From Chiloscyllium plagiosum (Eukaryota), in assembly GCF_004010195.1 (NCBI RefSeq), contig NC_057718.1, forward strand, positions 49,501,239-49,565,238: a stretch of 64,000 nt of DNA. Reading direction: 5' to 3'. Positions 38,070 to 50,129 of this stretch are shown here, one piece after another (the first letter of the stretch is position 1; each line of letters starts with the position of its first letter). The position numbers and the translations under genes were made by a program. Under the pieces are notes generated by a model. The model was not told the DNA's origin, made no database searches, and was given only the letters and a program-made list of their open reading frames with translations.

Positions 38070-38371
38070 TAACACCTTCAGCATTTTATCTGGGCTGACA
38101 CCAATTGTTACAGTTAACCTGAGAATGTGACTTTTAAAAAAGTTTTGTGATTTACATATGAAAGAAGGGAAACTAACATGGTCATTAACAAACAATCAAG
38201 GTATTTTTCAATGCATAATTTCAGTTACATCACACTGTAAACCTTTGCTATAAATTCTGTATCTTACAATTGTGTACTCCACAACCACCTGATGAAGGAG
38301 CAGCGCTCCGAAAGCTAGTGCTTCCAATTAAACCTGTTGGACTATAACCTGGTGTTGTGTGATTTTTAACT
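38070..38371 (+). mobile_element. PLE family-2 pLTR fragment with intact hammerhead motif
   Basis: High similarity to 55830-56150 of the larger PLE. Confidence 0.85.
38286..38320 (+). ncRNA. Minimal type I hammerhead ribozyme motif (family 2)
   Basis: CAC-CTGATGA-A-GGAGC-AGC-GCTCC-GAAA-GC-TA-GTG: stem I CAC/GTG, 5-bp stem II, palindromic AGCT stem III. Predicted cleavage after A38317. Confidence 0.75.
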
Positions 38372-38899
38372 CAAAATCATAAGCAGCTACAAAACACCTC
38401 AAAGCTGCCAGTTTGCTCCAGTCTTCAAAGGGAATGGTTAATTGAGAAAAAACAATAACGTAGAAAAGTGATGGGGATACTAGATGTTTGGCTTTTTGTT
38501 GCTGAGTTAATGACTGACAATCGACTGACCAGGTTTTCTTTTAAAATCCTGCTTTAATGTGAAGTCTGCAGATGCAAAAGTCCTCTTCCTGGTCCCATAA
38601 TAATGCTGTGATGTGTTATTAGTTTGTGAAAGTGCCCTCTTTCTAAACCCATTCTCCATCTCTCTCTCAGGAGAGTTGGAGCCAGTAAGGGAAGTAGTGC
38701 TAATATAATTTCATCACAAATACAGGAGCTGTTTTGGAAAGCACAGGAGGTGCTGGCAGCTTGTGTTAATGATTATGCCGAAAGCTTGTCTGTTGATCCT
38801 CATGCCTCATTGTCTGATCACACACTTTGCTGCCTACACTCTGCAGCTAAATGCAGAAATTGTTTAAATTGTTTAAATCCATCAAATCGCCAGTTGTGG

Positions 38900-39160
38900 G
38901 ATAATGTGTTGATGTGGAGTTTGCACATTCTCCCCGTGTCTGCATGAGTTTCCTTCAGGTGCTCCGGTTTCCTCCCACAATCCAAAGATGTGCAGATCAG
39001 GTGAATTGGTCGTGCTAAATTGCCCATAGTTGTAGGCTATTAGTCAGAGATAAACATAGGGTAGAGGAATGGGTCTGGGTGGGTTACTCTTCAGAGGGTC
39101 GGTGAGGACTTCTTGGGATGAAAGGCTTGTTTCCATACCATAGGGATTCTAATCTAATTC
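38900..39160 (+). mobile_element. HE1/V-SINE-like SINE, 5' truncated
   Basis: Core tgtggagtttgcacattctccccgtgtctgc... and tail ttctaatctaat. Confidence 0.85.
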
Positions 39161-39539
39161 TATGTCAATCATGATGATGAAACCAACCAAATGACTTTAA
39201 TATCAGTAAGCAAGAAGACACCCTTAAATAAGCCTGTGATGATAGAGGTTTTAGACACTGCACCAAAGAGCTGAATTTGATAATTTGATACTGTGTGCAA
39301 CTGTAAATAAAGTTTATATATAGATGACGAGCCTTTTGTAGAGATAAGGAACAAGCAGTCTGAAGGACAGTGTATGCCCAGGCGCCTAACAGTTTTCCAG
39401 ATCAGTATTTCAATGCACAAATAACAGAACCCTTGGAAATCATAGAATCATAAACTCCCTACAGTGCAGAAAGAGACCATTTGGCCCATCGTGTCTGTCC
39501 ATCATGAGCCTCTGAAGAGCATCCTCCTCAGACCCTTGC

Positions 39540-39950
39540 ACTATCCATATGAGGAAAGATTAGGCAGGCAACACTGGTATCCATTGGAGTTTCGAAGGGT
39601 AAGAGATGAATGCTGGGTGATAAGATGCTGAAGGGTCTTGATTGTTAGATTTGGATTGAAAGTCTCCTCTTATGGTCTTTGTTTGAAAAACAGGCATCGC
39701 TCATTTAAAACTGCAATAATGCGAATGATTTTTCTTGCTGAGCATCGAGTGTTTGGAATTCTCCTTCTGAAAAGGTCGAGGGAGCAGAATCCTTTGATAC
39801 TTTTAAGACTGAAGCAGATAATTAAGCAAGGGGATGAAATGTTATTGTAGATAAGCATGACTGCAAATTTGAGGCTATAATTGAATCAGCCATGATTTTT
39901 TTGACTCAAGGGTCTCAATACCTGACTCACTCCTCTTTATTCCTGTGTCT
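39540..39950 (+). mobile_element. Old CR1 3' fragment
   Basis: tatgaggaaagattaggcagg...ccattggagtttcgaagg resembles YEERL..L...LEFRR; CR1-like tail. Confidence 0.55.
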
Positions 39951-40029
39951 ATGTCACAAGAACCCTTGGTTGCAATGTCGGCTTAAAGTAAGGATTTATA
40001 AATCATTTTTAATCAAACTATGCAGACAA

Positions 40030-41620
40030 TATACTTCGCCTCTGGGAAAGGTTGGACTTGAACCCAAATCAAAGGTCGGGACACTACCATGACACCACAA
40101 GACCCTTTTAGCTGATTACAGTTATTTTAGTCAACAGTGGCAGGTAGACTTGAACCTGGACTTCTGAGTCAGAGGTAGGGACGCTACCACTGAACGACAA
40201 GACTATTAAAAGGACATGGTTTTCTTCATACATGAAACATAGCAATTCTTTTCTTATCAATCAATCTGTTCAACCATGTTATAGTTCACCACCACAGCAT
40301 GTGACACTTGAACCTAGATCTTCGAGCCATTTTCCAACACCTTTCAGTTCTGAAGATGTCATATCAGATGTCATAATTAAAACATTAACTAGGTTTCTCT
40401 CTCCACAGATGCTGTAAAACCTGCAGTATTTCTTGAGAACATTCTGTTTTTATTTCAGATTTCCAGGTATTTAGCTTTTATTCCCCTACCTCAGTGGAAG
40501 AAACACTGCCAATTCGCCACAAGATCCTTGTAGTTGATTATAAAACTTTTGCTTCCAATATGCTCTTAATTTAAACAGGAACACTGTCCAGCATTGCTGC
40601 CTTATAGCACCAAGGACCAAGGTTCAATTCCCGCCTCGGGACTCCCCATGCCTGCATGGGTTTCTTCCAGGTGCTCCGGTTTCCTCCCACAATCCAAAGG
40701 GCCTGTTTCCGTACTGTAGGGAATCTAATCTAATCATCATTCACTAGTCTGCACCTTATTAAAGAACAATTCTCTTGTATGCTTAATTACCTCTGATTTG
40801 TGTCAGATTATAGTTTAAACTACTCTGCACTGACTGTAATGTTCAAGCTTGTTCAATAAATAAGTAGCTCCTTGTGGAAATCCAATTATCTTGTATACTT
40901 AATCTTGCCTAAATGCTCTGGATTTACAGTTTTGCTCAATAATGGCACATATAGTGAACAAGTCTTGTTTGCACCATTGCACTCATTGTAAACAATGGCC
41001 AATATTATTGCTGCCTGAGGAGAGCTTATTACCAGAGATAAAAGGGGCTAATTTGATTGAACCCCAAAATTAAGCATCATGTATATTTCAGCTACAACTG
41101 CTCAGAGTGATGCGGGCAGTAAAAAAACTTGAGGGCCCCTTTTGTGCCACATAGGTAGAATCCCAACATTTGGACCAAGAGATCCAGTTCAAATCCCACC
41201 TGTTCCAGGGGTGTATCATAACATCTCTGTGCAGGTTGATTAACAAAAAGGTTAAACAAAAATAAGAAAATGTGAAGGGCCCCCATGTGATGAAATGGGA
41301 GTGTTCCCATCTTTCAGCCAGGGGCCCCAGTTTCTACTGCCACCTGCCTCTGATGTGTTATAACAGGTTGATTAAACAACAAAAACAACTATGGGTTACC
41401 TGTAAGAGATTTAGTATTGGCTATGTCCAGAAGGGGTTCTGGTGGTGATGTGATGCAGCCATGTTTGCTAAGCATACATGTAGAGACAAAATCTTTGGGA
41501 GTCTTGTGATATAGGGGTAGTTGGACTGAGAGACCCAGATTCGAGTCCCACTTCATCCATAGGTTAAAAAAACAAATAAAAGAAAACTTGAAGGGCCCAC
41601 TTGTGGTGCAATGACACCAA
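40030..41620. repeat. Two oppositely oriented clusters of tRNA-head-like repeat units
   Basis: Minus-strand units near 40030-40108, 40130-40205 and 40480-40530. Plus-strand units near 41131, 41274, 41496 and 41590. They share ggg..cttgtggtg...ggtag...ccc...ggttcaagtcccacct. Confidence 0.6.
40585..40735 (+). mobile_element. HE1-like SINE with internal deletions
   Basis: agcattgctgcc...ggttcaattcccgcctcggg...ggtttcctcccacaatccaaagggcctgtttccgtactgtagggaatctaatct. Confidence 0.75.
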
Positions 41621-41699
41621 TTTAAAATGTCCAACACTAATTAAAGCTACCTGCGTTGTTTCAAGGCAGACTACGCCTCTTGAAGACGTGATGCATTCT

Positions 41700-41860
41700 G
41701 GCTGCAGCAGGAGCTGTAAATGGTAAAACAGCAATTACAATGAAGCAGAAAACTAATAAGAGGTGCAACAGGCAGATACCATGCCTCTAAAGTTATCTAA
41801 TGCTGCATCGAAGGCCTTAATGGAAGTGGTGCACAAGAAGAAAGAGGAGAGCAAGAAATT
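41700..41860 (+). pseudogene. Harbinger-type Myb/SANT-like ORF remnant
   Basis: PLKLSNAASKALMEVVHKKKE resembles the RAPRFS.A.LEAL.E.V..R start of Harbinger accessory proteins. Confidence 0.4.
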
Positions 41861-42599
41861 CCTTGAGGTAGACACTGAGAAGGCAACAAGTAGCCATTGT
41901 TGCTCCATGGCAGAATTCTTGTTCCAAAAGTCATATTCTTGCATTACTTAGATTAACACAAAACTAACACTCTTAGATGATATTAGTAAGTAGTTTTTAG
42001 GTTCAAATTAGTTGAAAATCTCAAACATGTTTGCTTAACAGGCGAGCTGTAATTTGCAGAGCAATTTAAGCACGCATTCTGAGTCTTGCATACTGCTGTT
42101 TGGAGACCTTGTGGGCATACTGAATACACTCAGCTCTTAAAACAGAACCTCAACACTGAAGAGTTGAGTGCAGTAGAATGATATTTGATAATCGACCAGA
42201 GGGTGCTGAGACATTGCTCATTTGGATTCTGGGAGCAAACCTTGCCGTCAGTGCAGTTGTAAAGGGGCATTGTGGAACAACCTGGTGTTAAGGAACGGTC
42301 AGTCCCAAACATTACAGTACCATAGTGTTTCCATCCCTCCTTCCTCTTCCAACTGAAAAAAATGTGAGGCAAGGTTCAAAGGGGAGGAGACAGAAAATAA
42401 TGAAAAGAAGGTCAACAACGAGAGTTCCAGTAGGTAAAGGAGCCTAAGTCTAAACAGCTTCTTGAAGCTGTTGTTGGTGAGTAGTTTTGAGAAATTGTCA
42501 TTGGAACAGAGAGCACCAACAGTTTCAATTTAGTATTAAAAGTATTTGACATTATAAAGATTAATTAAGTTAAAGGGGTAAAACATGGCAGGAGAGCTT

Positions 42600-42950
42600 C
42601 AAATCAAAATTGTGAATGGCATGGATAGAATGAAAATTATGAGGCTTTTTTCCAAGGGTGGAGGGGTCAATTACTAGAGAACACAGATTCAAGGTGCAAG
42701 TTGGGAAGCTTAAAAGAGATGTGCAAGGGAGATTTTTCGTACAAAGGGTGGTGAGTGCCTGGAATGACTCCAAAGGAGATGACGGAAGCAGACACAATAG
42801 CAGCATTCAAGAAGCACCTGGATGAATAGAAAGGCAGTAGAGGGATATGAATCCTGTAAGTGAAGACAGTTTTAGTATGATGTGGTAAAATGTGATAGCT
42901 TGGCTTGGTGGGCTGAAGGGCCTGTTCCTGTGCTGTATTGTTCTTTGTGC
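42600..42950 (+). mobile_element. CR1 3' fragment
   Basis: aaagagatgtgcaagggagatttttcgtacaaagggtggtgagtgcctggaatg...gggctgaagggcctgttcctgtgctgt. Confidence 0.8.
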
Positions 42951-43489
42951 TTTATTCTTGATTTTGCACATTTGGTCAAGACCAGTGAATATTCTTCCAA
43001 CTGAATCGTTAACCTTACACACTGCTCTGGTCATCAGAGCCTCTTCACTCACCTACTGACAATCGCATTAAGTACAACTCAAACATCACATCCAGAACTT
43101 CAGCATCCTCTCATACATTTAACTGTACACAGCGTGCATACACACATTGCTAATTATTCAGGTATGGCATGTACCTTACACAAATAAAAGTATTGCAGAT
43201 GCTGAAAATCTCAAGGCACCTTACACAACACTCACTGATACTCCTTCTTCTGTTTGGCACAACATGGCCCTAAATAGGCAACTGCAAAGGTTAACCAGTA
43301 AGGGTTAGGCACAGCAGCAAACTCTGACCCCAGTAGAGGAAACAATGTTGGGAAAAATAATGGAACGTCATAGTTGAGGCTTGAGTTGTTGAAGATGGCA
43401 CTATGTTCCTGCTTAATCAACCTGCTTGTGTACCACTTCACCCACACCCCATAATCTATTATGATTTATAGTGCAGGAGCAGAAATACC

Positions 43490-44170
43490 TGGTTGTGTGT
43501 ATGCAGAAGTCACTTAAGGTAGTAGGGTAGATAGAGTGAGCAGCTACTGAAGCATACAATACTAGGCTTTATTAACAGGTAAATACAGTACAGGGACAAG
43601 GAATGCAGGCTGAATTTGCATAAGACACCAGTTAGATCTTTAAGTAATGTGCACAATTCTAGGTGCCACACTGCAGGAAGGATGTCAACATAATAGAGAG
43701 AGTTGAAAAGTTAGAGAGAGAAAAGATTGATGAGAATGGGTTCAGGGATGAGAAACTTCAGTTCTGAAGAAAACTTGGAGAAATTGGGATTGTTCTTTTT
43801 GGAGAAACAAAGGAGGAGATTTAATGGATATTTTCAAAATTTTGAGGGTACTGGATGGATTGAAAAAGTAGAAACTGTTCTCTCTCGTAAAAGTATCAAG
43901 AATGAGAGGACTTTGATGTAACATAATTTGCAAAAAATGTAAATGCAACATGCCATGAAACTTTTTCACACAGCAAGTTGTTATGACCTGGAACAAGTTG
44001 ATTGTGATGAAGATGGGCTCAGCTGAGGATTCAAGAGATCATTAGATGGTTAATTAAATAGATATCATATTCAGGGTTATCGACAAAATGTAGGTGAATG
44101 ACCCTGAGTCATAATGCCAGTGAGCTGGTGCAGTCACAATGGGCCAAATAGTCTTTGCCATAGTAATTCT
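43490..44170 (+). mobile_element. Old CR1 3' fragment
   Basis: ORF GMRNFSSEENLEKLGLFFLEKQ. Confidence 0.65.
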
Positions 44171-44214
44171 ATGCTGTGCACATTCTGAAACCGTATCACT
44201 TTTCTCTTCATAAA

Positions 44215-44347
44215 ACCCAAAAGGATTGCAGATACTTTAAATCAGAAACAAATACAGACATTGCTGGAGAACCTCAGTGGGTCTCACAGCATCTGTGGAG
44301 AGAAATCAGAGCTATTGTTTCGGGTTGAGTGACCCTTCCTCAGAACT
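44215..44347 (-). mobile_element. Family-3 hammerhead-bearing short element
   Basis: Reverse complement AGTT-CTGAGGA-A-GGGT-CACTCA-ACCC-GAAA-CAAT-AGCT...ctctccacagatgctg; core intact, stem III mutated. Confidence 0.7.
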
Positions 44348-44384
44348 GTTCTGTTTCTTTGTGTACTCTCACTTTATAATATTG

Positions 44385-44680
44385 ATGGACTAGTAATCCA
44401 GAAGCAATGGCTAATACTTTGGGGTGCAGGTTCAAATCCCACCATGGGACAAGTTTAAATCTGAATTTAATACAAATCTAGAGTAAAAAGCTAGCTCGTG
44501 GCAAATACATACCACTGTTGATTTTCATAAAATGCCATCTGATTCACAAATGCCCTTTAAGGAAGAATCGTTCTCTGGCCCACATGTGACCACATGCACA
44601 GCAATGTGGTTGTCTTTTAACTGCTCTGTGGGCAATTAGGGATGGGCATTAAATAATGGCAGTCAGTGATAGCCAATAGA
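44385..44680 (+). mobile_element. tRNA-derived SINE (same family as 9685-10025)
   Basis: ggactagtaatccaga...ggttcaaatcccacc B-box; core catctgattcacaaatgccctttaaggaag...aatgtggttg. Confidence 0.7.
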
Positions 44681-45262
44681 ATTGTTAAATGCAGCAATTT
44701 TGAGAGAAATAAGAATGTGCTGGAATTAAATTTAAAAGGTCATAAAACTCATTACTCACCAGTGCTCCTTATACTGCATCTTCCAAACTTGTGACCCCTA
44801 CCAAATATAAGGACATTGAAACACCACCACACACAAACTCCTCTCCAGGTTGCACACCATTCAGACATGGAACTATGTTAGTGTTCCTTCATTGTCATTG
44901 GATAACAGGCCTGGAAATGTCTTCCTCAGCAAACCCCCTCTCCAATTGGCTATTGTTCTTGACCTCTAAGGTCATGGAGCTGTGAATGCAGTACAACCCA
45001 AGATGACTTAAGAAATTCCCCACTTCCTGCAGCAAGGACAGTGGTCACCATAACCCAGGGCATAATGTTGTCCTACACCTGAACTGTACTGCTTCCCAAG
45101 TCTACTGAACATCGTAGTAACCTGTGCATATAAAGCACAAAGTGTGAAAAAAGTAAAAAAAACAGAAATGTGAATGAAAAGAAATTAAAATTTAAGTCTA
45201 CATTTAATGTGTGTCTCAGAATCACAATCTTGCAGTTCAATCCATCTTTCCAGTTCTCCATC

Positions 45263-46069
45263 TGTGACAATACTGCTCCTTTGACAATGATATGGAGGAG
45301 CCGGTGTTGGACTGGGGTGGACAAAGTTAAAAAGCTACATAACACCAGGTGATAGTCCAACAGTGCTCCGAAAGCTAGTGCGTCCAAATTGACCTGTTGG
45401 GCTAGAACCTGGTGTTTTGTTATTTTTAACTTTGCTCGTTTTATGTTGTCCTTGGTGTTTTTTCAGAGAGGTAGTAAAAACAGCGATTCCAAGTCTGTGT
45501 TGGATGGGTTTTAGGACCAATTTGATTATAGCTAACAGACACTGCCTCAGGCAGAAGGGTTTCAAATATATACAAACACTGGTGCAATGAAAGGGGAGGG
45601 CCAGTTCTCCTAGCTCAGTTTTATCTCTGGTTTGATTTGGTTTTTGGCAGTCTGGCTATTCACTGAAAGCAGTCAGGAAGTTTGAGGCTGCTGGTCCAAG
45701 AAACAGCTATACTGAGAGGGTGTTCCATGCTGCCATCTCTGACTTCTCTCCTGTCAGACCCTGTGTTTTATTTTCCCTTTTGTGTCAAGGAGTGTTTATG
45801 GGATTGTTGCAAATATTTGGAAAAGCATCATTAAGTGGGATGATCTGTTGGGTTTTTAGATAGTTTAAGTTATTCAGTATTCTGTTCTCTTTTATTTGTG
45901 TTTCATTCAGTAATCTTGTAAATAAATTCCGTTTTGTTTAAAATAAGTGGTTTGCCCAGCTTCATCTCCCCTGAGATATCCATGTTACACCTGCTTAAAA
46001 CAACTTGCAAAGTTAGGGTCTAGGCTACTTTCTTGAAATGTTTGAAGGAGTCTGGCCTGGCGCATAACA
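45263..46069 (+). mobile_element. Solo LTR containing a nested PLE family-2 palindrome
   Basis: TGTGAC start, TAACA end, AATAAA near 45920, 3' motif aagttagggtctaggctac. Confidence 0.65.
45290..45435. mobile_element. PLE family-2 palindromic short element
   Basis: caaagttaaaaa...aacaccagg...gtccaacag and gctccgaaagctagtg...cctgttgg...aacctggtgtt...tttttaactttg form inverted arms; the 3' half of the hammerhead is at the centre. Confidence 0.75.
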
Positions 46070-46209
46070 GAATTAACTTCCTTAATTTAGTTCTTGGAAT
46101 GTAGACCACCCAAAGCTCAGGCTAGTCACTTCAGGCCTGACAGAAACATTCTAGATCACACTTGCAGGCCTGAAGCCAGCTCCTTTCCCAAATCTCAGAG
46201 ATATGTTAA

Positions 46210-46990
46210 TCCCCTCCTTTTCCTCAGGCTCAGGGCTAAAACAACTGCCATCTCATCCTAGGCCTCTCCCTTCCTCCTATCTCTCCCACATTCCTTTCCC
46301 TTCCACCCATCCTCTTCCTATCCCTCCCTTGCTCCCACTGCCCTTCCTTACATATGTCCCTTCTAGCTCACCCCTCACTCCAATCCCACCCCTACTCTTC
46401 CAGGCTTTGGTTTATAGTTTTCAGTCCAATCTTATCCCCATGTCCCACCAGCCAATCCTTCCAATAGACACTTCCCCTGCTGCTCCTTTCCTTGCTGCCC
46501 TCCAGCCTTATTACTGAGCTACTAGAACTGGAAACACTATTAGAATAACTCATAACTTCTGGTTCTGGCTGTGCTACAGCTGACAAGGGGCAGGGGGAGG
46601 AGATGGAGAGTACAGGGTGGGGAGGAAAGAGAGGGGAAGAAGGGCAAAGTATGTTTGAGGGAAGAGAAAGGAGAAGGGAGTAGAATATAGGGGGCAAAGA
46701 GAAGAGAGGATAACAGGGAGGAATGTAGTGGTGTCAGAAGAGATTGGAGGGGCAGAGAGAAAGGCTGGAGGAGAGCAGTAGGGAAGAGAGTGGTGGAGGA
46801 AGGGGAGCCAGGATGGGAGGAGAGTGAAGAGCGGAAGAGAATGAAGAGGGGAGGAGAGTGAATAGCAGAGGAGAATGGAGGAGCAGGGAAGTGGAGAAGA
46901 GCTGTGGTTAGAAGAATAGTAAGATAGGGAGAAGATTGTGCTGTCAAGGGAAGAGGAACAGTGGGAAGAGAGGAATGGGGGCAGGAATGT
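46210..46990. repeat. Polypyrimidine tract (46210-46505) and polypurine tract (46585-46990)
   Basis: Strong C/T skew followed by strong G/A skew, separated by about 80 bp of mixed sequence. Confidence 0.8.
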
Positions 46991-48894
46991 AGTGAACATC
47001 CGAAGTAAATGGGATCAAATACTGTTGAGTGTAGAATGGCATCAGTTTTCTGGCAGCACAGAGAGGGAGTATGCTGTGTGGATAATATGACCATGACCCC
47101 TGGACACCACAGCAGGAATATGACATCAGCTTCAGGAATCAGGTTTTAATGTCATTTTGTAAGTTTTCTTTGAAGATTCAATTATTGTTTCATTACCGCT
47201 TTATGGGCTGGTTCTATACGTTAACCTGTTAACTAGTTCATTTGTACATTTGAACACCTAAAAGATCATAAAGAGACAATTACTGAAACAACAGTGAAGT
47301 GGAGTCAAGTGGTTGAAATTCTGTGAACAAATCTATTCCAGCTAAAGATTGCTTTTGATTTTATCCATCAATGACCAGGTTTAAGAAGAATCCCAGCCTG
47401 ACCTCATGTCTTTCCACCCAAGAACATTTGTCTGGCCAAGCAGCCAAGCTTGAAGCTTAAGAGCCGGAGAGAGAAGTGACTGATGAAAAAGAAATACAAT
47501 CCATTGATCTGATGCTCACAGTCACCAGCTCACATTCTGGTACTAAGTGTACTTTGGAGGGAAGAATAAAGGCACAAACAATAGATCAATCAGCCTAATA
47601 TTCAGTTTGATAAATTTGTTAGAATTCTTTGAGGAAGTAAATTGCAATTGGATAAGCTGCAATCAGCAGGCGTAGTGTGTTTCAATTTCCAAACAGATCC
47701 AATTAGGTGCCACATAAAAGGTTACTGACAAGATAAAAGGCTCATAGTGTTGGGCAAAATACTTTAACATGGATGGAATTAGCCAAGTAAAGAATCGAGA
47801 TAAACAAGTGATTTTCAATGTGGGAAAATGTAACTAGTTGGGGTGGCTGTATGATCAGTGCTGGAATCTCAACTCATAACTAAATATATTAACAACATGA
47901 AAGAAGAGGCCAAGTATATTGTAGCCAAACTTTATGATTCTACAAAGATAGTTTGGGAGACAAGTCACCAGATCAACACAAATGATCCAACTTTCATTTT
48001 ATGATTAGATGCTTAGAGAAGGGAAAGTTCCCAACCTGTATAAACTAAACTTTTAAATAAAACTGCCCACAGTTCCCATTTCTGGTGGCATGTAGGTGGT
48101 CTGGAAGGGGTGGGGTTAGTGGTAGTACTGATGGTCATTGGGCTGGATTGAAAGCTGGGGTTGGGAGTGGGTCAGGGGAATGGGGGTTGGGGGTGGGGGC
48201 AATATTGGAAGACCTGAGGAGGATGCCGGTTGTAGAAGCGGAATGGGCCAGAAGCCTACTCCAGCCTCTGCCACTCTGTTCAAAGTTTAAAACTAAAACT
48301 ATAAAATAATATCTTCCTCCTGCCCTCATCCATCACTCTTCCCACCCTCACACAGTTCCCATGTTCCATCCATGCCAATACATGCCATCCAATGACTGTT
48401 GCCCACCTTCATGGCTCTCCACACCACCATGCCAATCTGCACCCTTTCCATCCATCACATTTGCCTTTTCTCTTACCATGTCAAATCACTGAGTATCCAG
48501 AATGGAGGTTCTTCAGGATTCATGCTCAGATGAGATTAAAAAAGCTGTTAAATAATATAAGTGTATTGCAATCTTCACAATCTGAGAAAGAAAAAACTCT
48601 CACTTATAAAACACATTCACTATACTTAATTTTTTTTCATTTCAATAAAGCCTGTGGAAAAAACAGATTTCTCTTAAGCTGAGCAAACATTAGAATTCAC
48701 AGTCTCACATTAAAAGTCCAAAACCTCTTGTAGCTGTTAATAAAACTATGAAGTGGAAGGCAATCCACTGCAATAATGGATCCTTGTGAAATCGCTCAGG
48801 GGGCACAAACACAACATGGCAATCGTCAGAACTATATCAACATCGAATAGAAACCAATCTTTTAATTAACTCTCCCATTATTTTTTCGATGATT

Positions 48895-49105
48895 ACGAGT
48901 AAAGTGCCCATAGTCCGACAGGACCACAGGTTGCCCTCTCATTAGATATCGATGACTAGTGGTGGTTTAACCTGAGAGACACCATGCCTCAGGAAGGGGA
49001 GAGAGGAAGAATCCTTCACAGTAACCTCAGCTAGTGTGGGAATTAAACCTAACCTGTTGGCATCACTCTATATTGCAGAACAGCTGTCCAGCCAATTGAA
49101 CAAAT
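48895..49105 (-). mobile_element. tRNA-derived SINE (distinct family; related head at 33443-33515 on +)
   Basis: Reverse complement ttcaattggctggacagctg...gatgccaacagg...ggtttaattcccac head, similar to ttagctcaattggctggataactg at 33443. Confidence 0.55.
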
Positions 49106-50129
49106 CAACCACTTTGTCAAAGATTAAAAGATGCTGTAAATGCCTTGACAGCCATGGCAGGCCCCTTTCACAGCCTTTGATAGCTTGACAGTTCTTTGAT
49201 AGTGACGACAATTCATTGGCAATTTGAGCATTCCAATAAGTTTATGCACATGAATGTCTGTTGTTAACAATCACAAGGATACCTAGCTTTTCCCAAAGGG
49301 GTAACCTACACTTCCCAATGGTGCCTTACCTCCACCAAAAGGGCAGCATACCTCCTTAAAGCTGTTCCAAAACCAGATGTAATGTGGTGCATTACCTTTC
49401 CAAAAGGTAGCCTAGCTATCCAAACTATTCACAAGCTTCAGTTCTGCTCTTGCCTGGTGTAATCTACACAATATGTGTTTCAGACAATAACCTTACCAAA
49501 ATGATGTAACCAATGGCTAGTTTCCTCCATGAATTGTGGCCGCATGGATAAAGAGCAGACTGTATTCCTGCCCGTGTGATTAAGGGAGGTTTTGTGTTTG
49601 GTGGTGGGACTTGCAATTTCTGTCTATTTATGTCATTTTCACCACAATTGAGAAATGTTCTATCCTTGTAAACATTTGGGCCTAAGAGTTGTCAAAGTAG
49701 TAGACAAAAAATTCTTAGGTGAAGACGTAGGAAAATGTGAATTTGTCCATTTTGGTGAAAAGAATAATAAAGGAGGATATTATTTAAATAGAGAGAACTG
49801 CAGAACGTTGAGGAACACAGAGATTGGAGTGTTCCCATCACAGGAAGTTAACATGTAGGTGTAGCATGTAATTAGAAAAACAACTAGAATGCTGCTTTTT
49901 ATTGCAAGGGAGATGGAATTTTAAAATAAGAAATGAAATGAAGAAAATAATTACTTGGGAAAATGAAGAAGATTACATATGAAGTCTAACTCGTGATTAA
50001 CTATTCAACTGACTCCATACTTTCTTCACAAACCCTCAACAACACACCCCCACACAACTACAATGTCCAAACTCTGATCTGACACCAACCTAGCCTCCGA
50101 TGTACTCTTACAGCCAGTCTAGTTCAGTT

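Noticed and set aside
38671..38684. Possible 14-nt micro-exon (ctctctcag|GAGAGTTGGAGCCA|gtaagg)
   Set aside because: It does not preserve frame and there is no supporting gene context.
40130..40205. Genuine tRNA gene
   Set aside because: No convincing acceptor stem; it is one of several degenerate SINE-head-like units.
46392..47094. Long Pro/Ser/Leu-rich ORFs (101-184 aa)
   Set aside because: Artefact of the stop-poor polypurine/polypyrimidine tract.
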